Positions 45,562 to 61,370 of a stretch of 64,000 nt of DNA are shown in pieces. A program made the position numbers and the translations under genes. The stretch covers positions 1 to 64,000 of the forward strand of contig CAXHJY010001088.1 of the NCBI GenBank assembly GCA_964016885.1, read 5' to 3'. Positions within the stretch are counted from its first letter, which is position 1, and each line of letters begins with the position of its first letter. Below the pieces are notes generated by a model, which did no database searches, had not been told where the DNA came from, and saw only the letters and a list, made by a program, of their open reading frames with translations. Source of the DNA: Eledone cirrhosa. Its lineage: Eukaryota.

Positions 45562-48500
45562 CCAATTCAATGATGTTCCAGAACAATGTAAACGAGATAA
45601 TTGCCAATTTGGGTTCTGGAACAAAAGGGATCATTGGCAATAAGGGCAGGGGCCCCAAGTTATCACAACCTGGGCCCGCCCGTCATCGTGCCATTGTAAT
45701 AGAGCCAAACAGGGCATTTAGTCTTGGCTGCTGGAACGTACGGACGCTGCTTGACAGGGATTCTTTGGAGCGTCCTGAACGAAGGACCGCTCTTGTTGCG
45801 AAGGAGCTTCGACGTTACGATCTTGACATCGTGGCTTTGTCTGAGACGAGGTTAGCTGGAGATGGTCATCTTACGGAATTTTGTGGAGAATATACATTCT
45901 TCTGGAAAGGAAGAGATGAAGGAACCAGAAGAGAGGCTGGGGTAGGATTTGCTGTTAAGACTGTACTGGTGAATAAATTGGAAGAATTCCCAGTGGGGAT
46001 TAGTGAGCGTCTTATGTCCATGAGAGTTCCGCTGGACAAGGGAAGATATGCTACCCTGGTGAGTGTGTATGCTCCAACTATGAATTCTGTCGATGAAGAA
46101 AAACTGTCCTTTTACCATGCCTTGAAAGGTGTTTTAAGAAATATCCCTCAGGCAGACAAAGTCATCGTGCTTGGTGACTTTAATGCTAGAGTGGGTAGGG
46201 ATTTTAACACATGGAATGTAATCGGAAGGCATGGGGTGGGAAAGTGTAACAGCAATGGTATGCTCTTGCTGCAGATGTGTGAGGAGCTGGATCTGTGTGT
46301 TACCAGCACCATGTTCCAACAAAAGAACAAATTCAAGACCACATGGATGCATCCTGCATCTAAGGAATGGCATCTTTTGGACTACGTCCTAGTCAGGATG
46401 CGTGACAGACAGGATGTGCGGTGTGTTCGTGTTCTTCGTGGAGCTGAGTGCTGGACGGACCACCGCCTGGTACGCGCAAAAGTGAATCTAATCACCAAAC
46501 GTAAAATCCGGGCTCCTGGTGTTACCCTGCCCAAAAGATTGAATGCTGCTCGTCTTAAGGATAAAAATGTGAAGAGGACATTGGAAGAAGAGATGCAGGC
46601 TGCAGATCTTGGTGAGGATTGGCCGACCCTTAAAAAGTCGGTTTATGATGTAGGCAGACGTGTTCTGGGATTGGTGCAGAGAAAACATCAGGACTGGTTT
46701 AATGAGAAAGATGTGCATATAGATGACTTGTTGGCTGATAAGAGGCGCGCTCTGTCACGCTACTTGACGGCAAGACCACAGGAGAGGAATACGTTGCATG
46801 AGGAGCTCAGGGATGTAAAATCACGTGTTAGGCGGAGTCTTTCTCAGATGAAGGATCAGTGGTGGAGTGAGAAGGCTGGTGAGATACAAACTGCGTCTGA
46901 TTGCAATAACACAAAGCTGTTGTACAGTCTCTTGCGTGAGGTTTATGGACCGTCTTCTTCTCTGGTGACACCGATTCGCAGCAGGGATGGCAAAGAACTT
47001 CTTCGTGACTCACAGGGAATTCTACGAAGGTGGCGGGAGCACTTTGATGATCTTTTGAATCAGCCGTCTGTCGTCAGTGAAGATTTCCTCAATCTCATTC
47101 CGGAAAGTCCTGTGAAAGTAGCTCTCGCAGAGCCTCCGACACTTGTGGAGGTTGCAGTGGCTATTTCGAAGCTGAACAGTGGAAGATCTCCAGGTATGGA
47201 TGGCATACATGCTGGGCTCCTACAATATGGTGGTGAGAGACTCCTGCAACATCTTCACTCTCTGTTTGGAAGGATATGGGCTAATGAATCCGTGCCTGAG
47301 GACTGGAGAGATGCAGTAATGGTGGTCTTGTACAAGGGAAAGGGTAACAGGAATGATTGTGGGAACTACAGAGGTATATCATTGCTTTCTGTCGTGGGGA
47401 AAGTTTTATGTAGGGTGCTTCTGGACCGTCTGCTGACACACATTGCAGATTGTGTCCTTCCTGAAAGTCAATCTGGTTTTCGTGTTGGACGCGGCACTAC
47501 TGATATGATCTTCTCAGCTAGACAGCTCCAGGAGAAGTGCATTGAACAGGGCTTGGATCTGTATCAGGTTTTTGTCGATCTGACAAAGGCTTTCGATACT
47601 GTCAACAGAGATGCATTATGGAAGGTTCTCCAGAAACTTGGTTGCCCTGATAAGTTCCTTGCTTTAGTTAGGTCTTTCCATGACGACATGAAGGCTTGGG
47701 TTAATGTCGGAGGTAACATGTCGGAGCCTATCTCAGTAAAAAATGGAGTGAAACAGGGGGATATTCCAGCACCGACCCTGTTTGCCATATACTTTGCAAT
47801 GGTTTTCTGTGTTGCATTCAGGAATTGCGAGCATGGTGTTTACATCCGATATCGAACCTCAGGCAGCATATTTAACATCAGGCGCTTTGCTGCGAAGACA
47901 AAAGTATTTACATCAGTCATAAGAGACCTCTTGTATGCAGATGATTGCGATCTTGTAGCGCACACAGAGAGTGATATGCAGCACATTTTGAATGTATTTT
48001 CTGACGCTTGCACTGCCCTGGGTTTGACTGTCAGTCTCAAGAAAACCGTCGTCATGTACCAACCTGCACCTGGTAGGCAGTACACTGAACCAAACATCTA
48101 TGTGTATGGCAAACGACTTGGAGTGGTTGATCAGTTTGTCTACCTGGGAAGCACTGTCAATCGATACGGCAACCTTGACAGTGAAATCTCACTTAGGATT
48201 AGGAAAGCAAGTGATGCTTTCGGAAAGCTAGAAAGGCGACTCTGGGGTCGGCGAGACATATGCAGGAGGACAAAGGTAAGGGTGTACAGGGCATGTGTAC
48301 TCTCTTGTCTTCTTTATGCCTGCGAGACCTGGGTCACATATCGACGCCACCTTAAGCAATTGGAGCGTTTCCATCAGATGTGTCTCAGACGGATACATGG
48401 CGTTCGCTGGAGGGACCACATCAGTGATGTCGAGATTTTGGAAAGCTCTATGTGTGACAGTATAGAAGCTCTTGTGCTTAAGCAGCGACTCCGTTGGAGT

Positions 48501-49220
48501 GGTCACCTTGCCAGGATGAAGGATTCTAGAATACCAAAACAACTCTTCTATGGAGAGTTGGTTAAAGGAAAACGACCGCCACATAAACCAAAAAAGAGGT
48601 ATAAGGATTCCTTGAAGGCCTCTCTGAAAGACGCTAACATCTCTGCTGATACATGGGAAAATATTGCTGCTGATCGTAATAAATGGAGAAAGACTGTATA
48701 TGAGGGAAAAGTTGCCTTTGAGGCATCTCGAATCGCACACGAGAAAGTAAAGCGGGACGTGAGGAAGGGTATTGCTGTTGCACTTCCAGACGGCGAGGGT
48801 CCTCCTATGTTTCTGACATGCAGCGTCTGTGCGAGACTCTGCCTAAGCAAAGCTGGACTCGAAAGTCATCTTCGCAGTCATAAAGTAAGACCAGTGGTTG
48901 ACTACCAGGCTGCTGTTGGAGATGCTACTCATCATGCTTGCCAAACATGTGGTAGAGAATGTAAATCAGCAGGAGGACTCAAGCGACATGCAAAAGTACA
49001 CGAACTCCAACCACAGCCGACTATTCCCAGTAAATGTTTTGGTTGCCGACTCTGTGCAAGACATTTTGGATCATTGGCTGGGCTAAAAAGCCACATTCGA
49101 TCGCAGCACTGTTAGTTGCTATCGTGTGTGTGTGTAGATATGCTTATGTGCGTGCGTGTGTGTGTATATATATATGAATATGTATATTATTATTGTTGTT
49201 GTCGTTATTATTATTATTGC

Positions 49221-49272
<52 letters not shown>

Positions 49273-49339
49273 TTTTTTTTTTTTTTTTTTTTTTTTTTAT
49301 TGTGCAATGGCCATACTCGATAACGAGGGGGCAGCCATC

Positions 49340-49340
<1 letters not shown>
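45161..49340 (+). mobile_element. Probable full-length RTE/BovB-like LINE
   Basis: Unique 5' leader from about 45161; terminal hairpin ctcgataacgag at about 49316 before the TA array; boundaries inferred. Confidence 0.7.
45570..49115 (+). CDS. RTE/BovB-like APE-RT protein with three C-terminal C2H2 zinc fingers
   Basis: WNVRTL, LSETR, GDFNA, TDH, NYRGISLL, FVDLTKAFD, GVKQG, LYADD, LLYACETW; three CxxC-x12-HxxxH-type motifs. Confidence 0.94.
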   Translation: MMFQNNVNEIIANLGSGTKGIIGNKGRGPKLSQPGPARHRAIVIEPNRAFSLGCWNVRTLLDRDSLERPERRTALVAKELRRYDLDIVALSETRLAGDGHLTEFCGEYTFFWKGRDEGTRREAGVGFAVKTVLVNKLEEFPVGISERLMSMRVPLDKGRYATLVSVYAPTMNSVDEEKLSFYHALKGVLRNIPQADKVIVLGDFNARVGRDFNTWNVIGRHGVGKCNSNGMLLLQMCEELDLCVTSTMFQQKNKFKTTWMHPASKEWHLLDYVLVRMRDRQDVRCVRVLRGAECWTDHRLVRAKVNLITKRKIRAPGVTLPKRLNAARLKDKNVKRTLEEEMQAADLGEDWPTLKKSVYDVGRRVLGLVQRKHQDWFNEKDVHIDDLLADKRRALSRYLTARPQERNTLHEELRDVKSRVRRSLSQMKDQWWSEKAGEIQTASDCNNTKLLYSLLREVYGPSSSLVTPIRSRDGKELLRDSQGILRRWREHFDDLLNQPSVVSEDFLNLIPESPVKVALAEPPTLVEVAVAISKLNSGRSPGMDGIHAGLLQYGGERLLQHLHSLFGRIWANESVPEDWRDAVMVVLYKGKGNRNDCGNYRGISLLSVVGKVLCRVLLDRLLTHIADCVLPESQSGFRVGRGTTDMIFSARQLQEKCIEQGLDLYQVFVDLTKAFDTVNRDALWKVLQKLGCPDKFLALVRSFHDDMKAWVNVGGNMSEPISVKNGVKQGDIPAPTLFAIYFAMVFCVAFRNCEHGVYIRYRTSGSIFNIRRFAAKTKVFTSVIRDLLYADDCDLVAHTESDMQHILNVFSDACTALGLTVSLKKTVVMYQPAPGRQYTEPNIYVYGKRLGVVDQFVYLGSTVNRYGNLDSEISLRIRKASDAFGKLERRLWGRRDICRRTKVRVYRACVLSCLLYACETWVTYRRHLKQLERFHQMCLRRIHGVRWRDHISDVEILESSMCDSIEALVLKQRLRWSGHLARMKDSRIPKQLFYGELVKGKRPPHKPKKRYKDSLKASLKDANISADTWENIAADRNKWRKTVYEGKVAFEASRIAHEKVKRDVRKGIAVALPDGEGPPMFLTCSVCARLCLSKAGLESHLRSHKVRPVVDYQAAVGDATHHACQTCGRECKSAGGLKRHAKVHELQPQPTIPSKCFGCRLCARHFGSLAGLKSHIRSQHC

Positions 49341-51852
<2,512 letters not shown>

Positions 51853-51859
51853 GTCTCAT

Positions 51860-52047
51860 TGGTGGATTGGCAGTATCGGTAGAGGGTCGGACGCCATGCT
51901 TTGACGTATAGAGTTACGGCCCTTGCCATTCTGAGTTCAAATCCCGCCGAGGTTAACTTTGCCTTTCATCCTTACGGGGTCGATAAAATAAAGTACCAGT
52001 AATGCACTGGGTAATTGCTGGCCTTGTGCCAAAAGTAGAAACAATTA
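51860..52047 (+). mobile_element. Second SINE family copy
   Basis: Matches 22031-22219. Confidence 0.88.
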
Positions 52048-52075
52048 TATATATATGTATCATTATATATATATG

Positions 52076-52130
<55 letters not shown>

Positions 52131-52383
52131 ACATATATATATCTGTATATATATATATATATCTGTATATATATATATAGATCTGTATATATATATCTGT
52201 ATATATATATATATATCTGTATATATATATATAGATCTGTATATATATATCTGTATATATATATATAGATCTGTATATATATATATATCTGTATATATAT
52301 ATATAGATCTGTATATATATATCTGTATATATATATATAGATCTGTATATATATATATATCTGTATATATATATATAGATCTG

Positions 52384-52414
<31 letters not shown>

Positions 52415-52575
52415 GTATATATATATATATGTATACATATATTTATGTATGTATATATATATGTATGTATATCTGTATATATATATATCTGTATATATAT
52501 ATATCTGTATATATATATATATATCTCTGTATATATATATCTGTATATATATATATATATCTCTGTATATATATA

Positions 52576-52610
<35 letters not shown>
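52047..52610. repeat. (TA)n array with TATCTG and TAGATCTG units
   Basis: Directly visible. Confidence 0.95.
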
Positions 52611-52614
<4 letters not shown>

Positions 52615-52649
52615 AGATTTGAATGGATACAGTTTAGTTGAAAGGAATG

Positions 52650-52767
52650 TATTGACACGTGTTTCTATAACAGTTACATAACCTAAAACAGGTGCTATCT
52701 ACAAACTTTTAGTTATGCAGACATTCAATATCTCAATGTTATTATTTACTGTCATTTCATCAGAATA
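52650..52767 (-). ncRNA. Type I hammerhead with about 90-nt stem II
   Basis: tatt-CTGATGA-aatgacagt..actgttata-GAAA-cacgtg-TC-aata; palindrome ACACGTGT. Confidence 0.8.
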
Positions 52768-53328
52768 ATATTACTGAGGACCTATTTAGTTTTTATAGAG
52801 AATATTAGGAGGGAGGAGTGAAGTTGTTAGAAGAATAGTTGAAGGAGTGGTTTTTCGATAGCAGTGAGAATTCTTGGTAGCAGTGAGTAATTAGATTCCC
52901 ATCTGTTGTTTTGACATTTTTTATAGAATATATTATTGGTTATTTTTCTAAATCTATAGAAGGATTAGAGATAGTAAAGATATGCGTGGTTGGTTTTGTG
53001 TTTGCACTTAATTAACATTCAGACTTAAATTTTTCTTTCAAGTGTACATATCCTTTCACCCACGCATTCACACACAAATATATTTGCACACCTCTACAAA
53101 ATACATATACTCACAATTCACATATTCATACTTACATATATATACACATGCATACTCATATATATATACACACATGTATTCATGTACATACATACGCGCT
53201 CATGTGTATACATTTTCATACTCAACTTATCTTTATATACACACGTATAGACACACACATATATACATACATACTCTAGTCCATGTGTACACACATACAC
53301 ATCTATATACACATCTATATACACATAT

Positions 53329-53405
<77 letters not shown>

Positions 53406-53694
53406 CACTTTAATACATGAATACACTTACATCTAACTATACACATCAAACATATATATATATTTACTTATTTATATACATTTTCACATATATATACATA
53501 CTTATGGACGTTTTTAGACACATTCATTATCGCATATTTGCACCTATTCTCATCTGTATATATATATCTGTATATATATATATCTGTATATATATATGTC
53601 TGTATATATATATATCTGTATATATATATATATATATCTGTATATATATATATCTGTATATATATATCTGTATATATATATATATATATATCCG

Positions 53695-53725
<31 letters not shown>

Positions 53726-53800
53726 GTATATATATATATATATCTGTATATATATATATATATCTGTATATATATATATATATCTGTATATATATATATA

Positions 53801-53843
<43 letters not shown>

Positions 53844-53966
53844 GTATATCTATCTATATATATATATATATATCTGTATATCTATATATATATATCTGTA
53901 TATATATATATATATCTGTGTATATATATATATATATATATCTGTGTATATATATATATATATATA

Positions 53967-54005
<39 letters not shown>

Positions 54006-54172
54006 GTATATATATATATATATATATATATCTGTATATATATATATATATATATATCTGTATATATATATATATATATATCTGTATATATATATCTGTA
54101 TATATATATATATATATATCTGTATATATATATCTGTATATATATATATATATATATATCTGTATATATAAA

Positions 54173-55547
54173 AAGGCCTTAAAATTAACCTGGCTAAGAC
54201 TAAAGTTCTAGTTTGTAGGAAAGAAAATAAGGCGGCGGTCCCATCTGGGAAATGGCCATGCTCAGTGTGTAGGAAAGGCGTAGGTAGAAACTCCATTTTA
54301 TGTCCCAAATGCAAAGTATGGGTGCATAAAAGATGTAGTGGGATCACAGGTAAGCTAACTAAGAACATAGATTTTACATGTGGCCGGTGCTCTGGTGCAA
54401 TAAGTAGCAGCAAGTGCCCACAAAATACTAGCTCCTTCAACTGCGCAGAGCGTTCTATAGAAATAGTGGACAGCTTCCGTTACCTGGGTGACAAAATCAG
54501 CAGTGGGGGAGGGTGCTCTGAAAGTACAGTAGCTAGAGTCAGAACTGGATGGAAAAAGTTCAGAGAGCTTATACCACTATTAGCCGCTAGAGGGTTCTCC
54601 CTAAAAATGAAAGGCAGGTTATACGATGCCTGCATACGAACAGCAATGCTGCATGGCAGTGAGACCTGGGCATTGTGTGCAGAGGATATACGCAGACTAG
54701 AGAGGAACGAAGCTTGCATGCTCCGCTGGATGTGCAATAGTAATATACGTGAATGGCAAAGCATAAACGAACTAAGGAAAAAATTAGAAATAAGAGGGAT
54801 CAGATGCTGTTTACTCGAGAGAAGGCTACGTTGGTATGGTCACGTGATGCGCATGAAAGACGACAGCTGTATAACAAAGTGCAGGGCAATAAAGATAGAC
54901 GGTAGCCACGGAGTAGGCAGACCCAGAAAAACATGGGACGAGCTGATAAATTCCGACCTCACACGCTTACACCTCTTCAAGACAATGTCACTGGACCGAG
55001 ACCTTTGGCGGTACTCAGTAATAGAGAAGACCCGCCTTACCTAAATACAAAGTAAAAACCTACTACAGTCAGTAGGCATCTCTATCAAAACACACCCCCG
55101 TCCCACCACCTCCACCCCATCCACACCGCCCCTTTCAATGTAAAGTTATGTTGGTCCCACAACATCCAGGTCGAAACAAATGAGATCGTGTAGGTGTCAC
55201 GACAAAAAAACACACAGTCCACGCTGTAAATGTGGCCGTGTAGGCAACACGGTAAAAACCTCCCAGCCCCACACTGTAAATGTGGTTGGTGTTAGGAAGG
55301 GCATCCAGCTGTAGAAAACCCGCCAGACAGTCCACGCTGTAATGTAGCCGTGTAGCCAACACGGTAAAAACCTTCCAGCCCCACACTGTAAATGTGGTTG
55401 GTGTTAGGAAGGGCTTCCAACTGTAGAAAACCCGCCAGACAGTCCTATGCGAGCAAGACAACCACTCTTGCCTCAAGTGGGAAAACCCCCGTCCAAACCC
55501 ATGCAAGCGTGGAACACGGACGCTAAACCTGATGATGATGATGATGA
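54173..55547 (+). mobile_element. RTE family A, 5'-truncated, with tandem duplication in the 3' UTR
   Basis: ORF 54265-55044; duplicated unit of about 112 bp at 55214-55438. Confidence 0.92.
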
Positions 55548-55573
55548 TATATCTGTGTGTGTGTGTATATATA

Positions 55574-55614
<41 letters not shown>

Positions 55615-55616
<2 letters not shown>

Positions 55617-55916
55617 AGGCACATGGCTTAGTGGTTAGAGCATTGGCCTTGCAATCGAAAGGTTGTGAGTTCAATTCTCAGACCGGGTGATGTGTTGTTT
55701 CCTTGAGCAAGACACTTTATTTCACTTTAGGGGTCCCTATCATTCCACTGCAAAGTGGTCGTGGAGGTGCCACGGCAAAAAAGCACCCAGCACTCACTGT
55801 AAATGAGGTTGGTGTTAGGAAGGGCATCCAGCTGTAGAAATCAAGCCAGAATCAGTTCCCGTCCCCCCCTTGCAAGCAGGGAAAAGTGGACGTAAAATGA
55901 AATGATGATGATGATG
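55615..55916 (+). mobile_element. CORE-type SINE with internal deletion
   Basis: Matches 50042 apart from part of the core. Confidence 0.88.
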
Positions 55917-55980
55917 AATATATATATATATCTGTATATATATATATCTGTATATATATATATATATCTGTATATATATA

Positions 55981-56015
<35 letters not shown>

Positions 56016-56062
56016 CTGTATATATATATCTGTATATATATATCTGTATATATATATATCTG

Positions 56063-56096
<34 letters not shown>

Positions 56097-56132
56097 TATC
56101 TGTATATATATATCTGTATATATATATATCTG

Positions 56133-56199
<67 letters not shown>

Positions 56200-56251
56200 G
56201 TATATATATATCTGTATATATATATATCTGTATATATATATATATATATAT

Positions 56252-56406
56252 ATCATCATCATCATCATCATCAACGTTTAACGTCCGTGTTCCACACTTG
56301 CATGGGTTTGGATGGGGGTAGTCCCACTTGAGGCAAGAGTGATTGTCTTGCTCGCATAGGACTGTCTGGCAGGTTTTCTACAGTTGGATGCCCTTCCTAA
56401 CACCAA
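56252..56406 (-). mobile_element. RTE family A terminal fragment
   Basis: Matches 40202-40355. Confidence 0.9.
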
Positions 56407-56429
56407 TATATGTATATATATATATATAT

Positions 56430-57208
56430 ATAAATATAAATGAAAAGTATAGAAATTGTTGTAGCGAGAAGCTAACAGTATTCCATAACATATATGTGAC
56501 TATAGTGTCAAAATGGGAAAATAGTTAACATAAGATATGGGAAAAATAATTCAGACTCAATTCAAAAGGAATCAGGATATAGATTTATCCAACAGAATTT
56601 AGAGAAATCCAGGGAAAAATCAATAGAGCCTTAACTCATGATAAAACAAAGTCTAAAGTACTCAACCTTCAATTTGGGACAACTTCAAATGCTCTGTATA
56701 GTCTTGAAAAGACTATTTCACGAAAACTTTCAGTGGAAATGGTCACGGTTGGATTTCGTTCCTCAGCAGAGCTCAACATGGTAACCAAGGTCTCACTGGT
56801 AATATGCCAAAAAGGGAATTTAAAAGCAGGCTAGTTTAACATCATGCGTGGTTATTAAAATAAACGCACATGTGTAAAAACAGGGCTGGTGACGTCAGAA
56901 TGAGACAAATGTTTGTTTACATGAAACAACAGTCAAAAACATTCCGAAAGAAAACTCTACAAAAGGAGTTCAGCAAAAAGCAATATCATCACGGTTTTTT
57001 TCCCCCAAAAAATACCGGGTTTAGTCACAAATAATTTAAGCACTCTAAGAAATAAATCCGAGTATATATATATAAATGAAAAGTATAGAAATTGTTGTAG
57101 CGAGAAGCTAACAGTATTCCATAACATATATGCGACTATAGCGTCAAAATGGGAAAATAGTTAACATAAGATATGGGAAAAATAATTCAGACTCAATTCA
57201 AAAGGAAT
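56430..57208. repeat. ORF-less module with about 140-bp terminal direct repeats
   Basis: 56435-56571 is repeated at 57071-57208. Confidence 0.85.
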
Positions 57209-57212
57209 TATT

Positions 57213-57277
<65 letters not shown>

Positions 57278-57279
57278 TA

Positions 57280-60200
57280 GTAAAAGGAAAAGAAAATGCT
57301 GACAAATTTTTCCCAGTGAAAAATAGTTTAATTAGGAATAAGTAAAAATTAGTAATAGTATTGGTTAGTATTCAGTTTTGGTTTTAAGTTTTACCAGTTG
57401 CGCATTTCTAATGCTTTTCAAAAATAATTTTGAGATAGAGCGCCCTTGATGTTTGCTCTAATCTGATCAGTTTTGGAAATTCTACCTGTTTTATGTGAAA
57501 AAAGTGGCTCCAGAGGTATTAAGATTTGGTTGTTTGTTGAATGTCACGTGAATGAGTACTATAAGTTTTGCGCCAATTCGTGTTGCAAAGATTCTTGTAG
57601 TCAAAACAATTTTGATTGGTCGGTAGAGGTCACGTGAATGTTAAAAATTGATTTTGCGCCAAATGTAGGTTTGTCGAAGAGTGTCCTTTTTCGCCTGATT
57701 GAGAAGTCACTGAAAAATAAGTCTTTTAAGACAAATATGTGTGTGCGGGTGTGTGTGTGTGTAGTAAAGAGGTTCATTGTTGTGATAATGGTCAGTAGGG
57801 ATGTGTGTGTGAACTGCAGTCATGTTGAAAGGTCAAGACAATCTGTGTGTGTGTGTGTGTGTAGCAGAGGGATTCGGTCAGTAGGAATGTGTCTGTACGT
57901 GTGTGGGGGATATTTTAACATGTTGAAAGATATTTTTCAGCTCTTGTCTTATACGGAGAAGTGTGTGTGTATATGTCTGTTTGTATGTTAGTGTATGTGT
58001 GTGTGTGTGTGTATATGTGTGTATGTGTGTGTGGGTGGACCAGTATTTTTGTGATACTGGTAGAAATGGTGTACATTATTCAATATTTTCAGTAATTTGC
58101 AAAAACGATTCTCTCAAAAGAACATCAAAAACATTAATAATAAAAGGGGTGAAATGTCATAACACCAAGGTGTGTGTGAGTGTCCAGATTGTAGTACTGC
58201 AAGGGGAATCCATTAGGCCCTGCCGTATGGGAATACTTGTGTACAAATATGTATGTGCCCATCAGTGTGCAATGCATATGTGCGTATATGTATGTGTGTG
58301 TGTCGGCACTTTTATATCTATAGACATCAAAAGGTATGCAAATTTGTGTATATTTGTGTTGCACCATAGAACATGTGTGTTTACATATGTCATTGTGTTT
58401 ATATGTGGATAGAGATGTATGTAGGATGTATGCTGATGTAGGTATGTATGTTGACGTGTGTATGTTGTGGGTTCGTCTTAGGGAGAAGTGTTTAGACGGG
58501 GTCCGTATTTGTTAATAAAGTGAGATTCCTTGCTGATGCGCTGGGTGTGGGTGGCATTATCTTTAAATTTGTAGAGGGGAAAGATTCTAAAGTTGGGATG
58601 ATTTGGCGTGGCACAGGTATCAATGTGTTCACTGAGTGGTATTTTCCTGTATTCCTGTATTTTAATTTGGGATCTATGGACAGTCATGCGTTGGCGGAGG
58701 CTGTTTTTGGTCTGGCCTATGTATTGTTCTCGACAACCTGAGCAAGTTAATACATATATTAGATTTTCTGATGCGCATGTGAAATTGTATTTTACTATAA
58801 AACGTTGTCCTTCTTTGAAATAGAATTCCGAACCCTCTATTAGGTTGATTCATATGCCACAGTTGGGTCTATCACATTTTTTTACTGTGGGTTTCGTTGT
58901 TGTGGTTGGCAGTACTTTGGCATGTGTTAGGATGTTTTTCATTGACTTAGATTGTCTTTTACTCTTTATGATATGGTGTGTTCGAAGGATTTGGTTCATT
59001 CTATGGTCCTTTTGTAACACAGGGATGTTCTGGAGGATGGTGTCAAAGGCCTCATTGTGTGGAGATGTATGGAAGAGCTTTTAGTTTTGGTTGATTTACT
59101 TTAGGGTGTCTAAGGTCCTGGGTACTGAGTTTTAGGGCACGTTGGATTCCATTGTCAATTAGTGATGCAGGGTAGTCCCTGCCTATGAGTGTGTCCTTTA
59201 GTTCTTGTAGCCGTAAGTAACAGGTGTTTTTATTGGAGACTATAGTACATATTCTCTTGGCTAAGTTGTAGGGAATATTAATTTTAACGTGTCTAGGGTG
59301 GCAAGAGTTGAAAGGAAGATATTGCTTGGAGTCTGTGGGCTTGTAGTATATGTCTGTTTCTATTTTTTTGTTATGAATCTTAATGAGGATGTCGAGGAAG
59401 GGGAGTTGTTGATGGCTGTATTCCATCATAAAGTTAATATTCGTGTTGAGCCCATTTATAAGGGTGTGAAATTCTTTAAGTTTCTCGATGTTTTCGTGCC
59501 AAAGGATGAAGCAGTCATCTAGATATCGCTTCCAGTTCTTTTCTATGTGTAAGTGGAGGGTCTTTCCAAATTTGTTTAGTACTTTAGTGTAGAGGGTGAT
59601 TTCCAGGTATCCCATGACTAGGTTGGCATAAATGGGGGCTGTTTTCGTTCCCATAGCAGTCCCAGATTTCTGCCTGTAGGATTTGTTATTGAAAACGAAG
59701 TAATTGTTCTCCAATATAAATTTGAGTCCCTCTATCACAAATTCTTTTTTGATGCGTAGTGGGAGTTCATTGTGGTAATTATCCAGCCAGAATTGGATAG
59801 CTTCTATTCCTAGGTTGTGGGGGATGTTGGAGTATAGGTTGACTACATCGAACGTCACTAGTAGGGTTTGTTCAGAAAGGGGCATATTAGGGAGGTGATT
59901 GAGCATATCTAGGTCATCCCTTATATAGCTTTTGATGTGTTTGAGAAAAGGCTTGAGAAGGGTATCAATGAAGTTGCTAAGGCGGTGGGTTTCGCAAGCG
60001 GGGCCTGCTATTATAGGTCTTAATTTGAAATCATTGGGTGAGGGGACATTGATGACTATGTCTGTGGCTTCCTTGCATGCCTTACTTATTAATTCACTTT
60101 TATGTACTTTAGGGATACCGTAGAAAAGGCTGGATTTACTTGTGAAGTCTGTGATGAAGCTGAATTCCTTGTTAGTGAGTCCTTCTTTGTTTTGGTTGAT

Positions 60201-61105
60201 CAGAGTTTTTAGGTTTCTCATAATTTTCTGTTGATTATAGTGTTCAGCCTTTTCGTAGTATGTTTCATTTTCCAAAGTGGAAAGCGCTAAGTTGATATAG
60301 AATTCTGTCTCCATTAGGACTACTGTACTCCCTTTTTCAGCCTCTTTAATTGTAATAGTTCTGTCGGTTTTTAATCTATTTAATTCTTCCCATTCTTTCT
60401 TGTTGAGGTTTGGCTTGTGTTTTTGTCTGTGCAAGTGTTGTTAAGGGAAGTTTGTGATGATGTGTTCACAGAATTTGTCCAGAATTTTATTTCTACCTTT
60501 TGATGGGGTGTAGTTGCTTCTATTTCTGGCCATCCTCATTGTACTGGTCGAATAGTTCTTCACTGAGTCGTAACTTTCTACAGAAGTCTGTGATGTCTTC
60601 CTTCATTTCATAGTAGTTAGGACGTAGTGGGGTCGGTGTGAATTTAAGACCTTTGGAGAGTAAGTTGATAAGGTTGGGTGTTGGTTCTGCACTAGTTAGA
60701 TTGATCATTTTTATTACTCTCAGTTTCTCCTCCCTGTCTTGTGTTATTTTGTTTGCCTGTATCTGTGTGCTGTGTCTAAAAAATGGTTGGGGTAGAGGTG
60801 TTGTCTGGTGATGTTAAGTGGTCTCCTGTATTTGTTATATTCCTTGTTGTTGTAAAATGTGGTTTGGGTTCGTGGTTATGGATTGAATGGGGTGTTCCTG
60901 TATTGCGAGTATGGATGTGTGTTTCTATGTGCCATGTTGGATTGTGGTATTATAGGTGGCCTACGTTGTTGGTTGTATCATGTGGTGTGGGTTTGTTTTG
61001 TATTGTGGAAGTGAGAGTTGAGAAAATGGAAATTACCTTGCTGTCCCCTTGTAGCGGGGAAGTTGTTACATCTATCATGGTGGTGGTATCTTTTCCCTAT
61101 GTTTG
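57280..61105 (-). mobile_element. Neptune-type Penelope-like element, frameshifted, near full length
   Basis: LSKGLKFTP, PKVHK, RPII, FDVVNLY, GTAMG, RYLDD, YYKPT; Cys linker KCDRPNCGIC; NLIY..C..C..YIGQT. Confidence 0.92.
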
Positions 61106-61143
61106 ATATATATATATCTGAATATATATATCTGAATATATAA

Positions 61144-61227
<84 letters not shown>

Positions 61228-61269
61228 GTATATATATATATATATCTGTATATATATATATATATATGA

Positions 61270-61337
<68 letters not shown>

Positions 61338-61370
61338 GTATATATATATATATATGAATATATATATATA

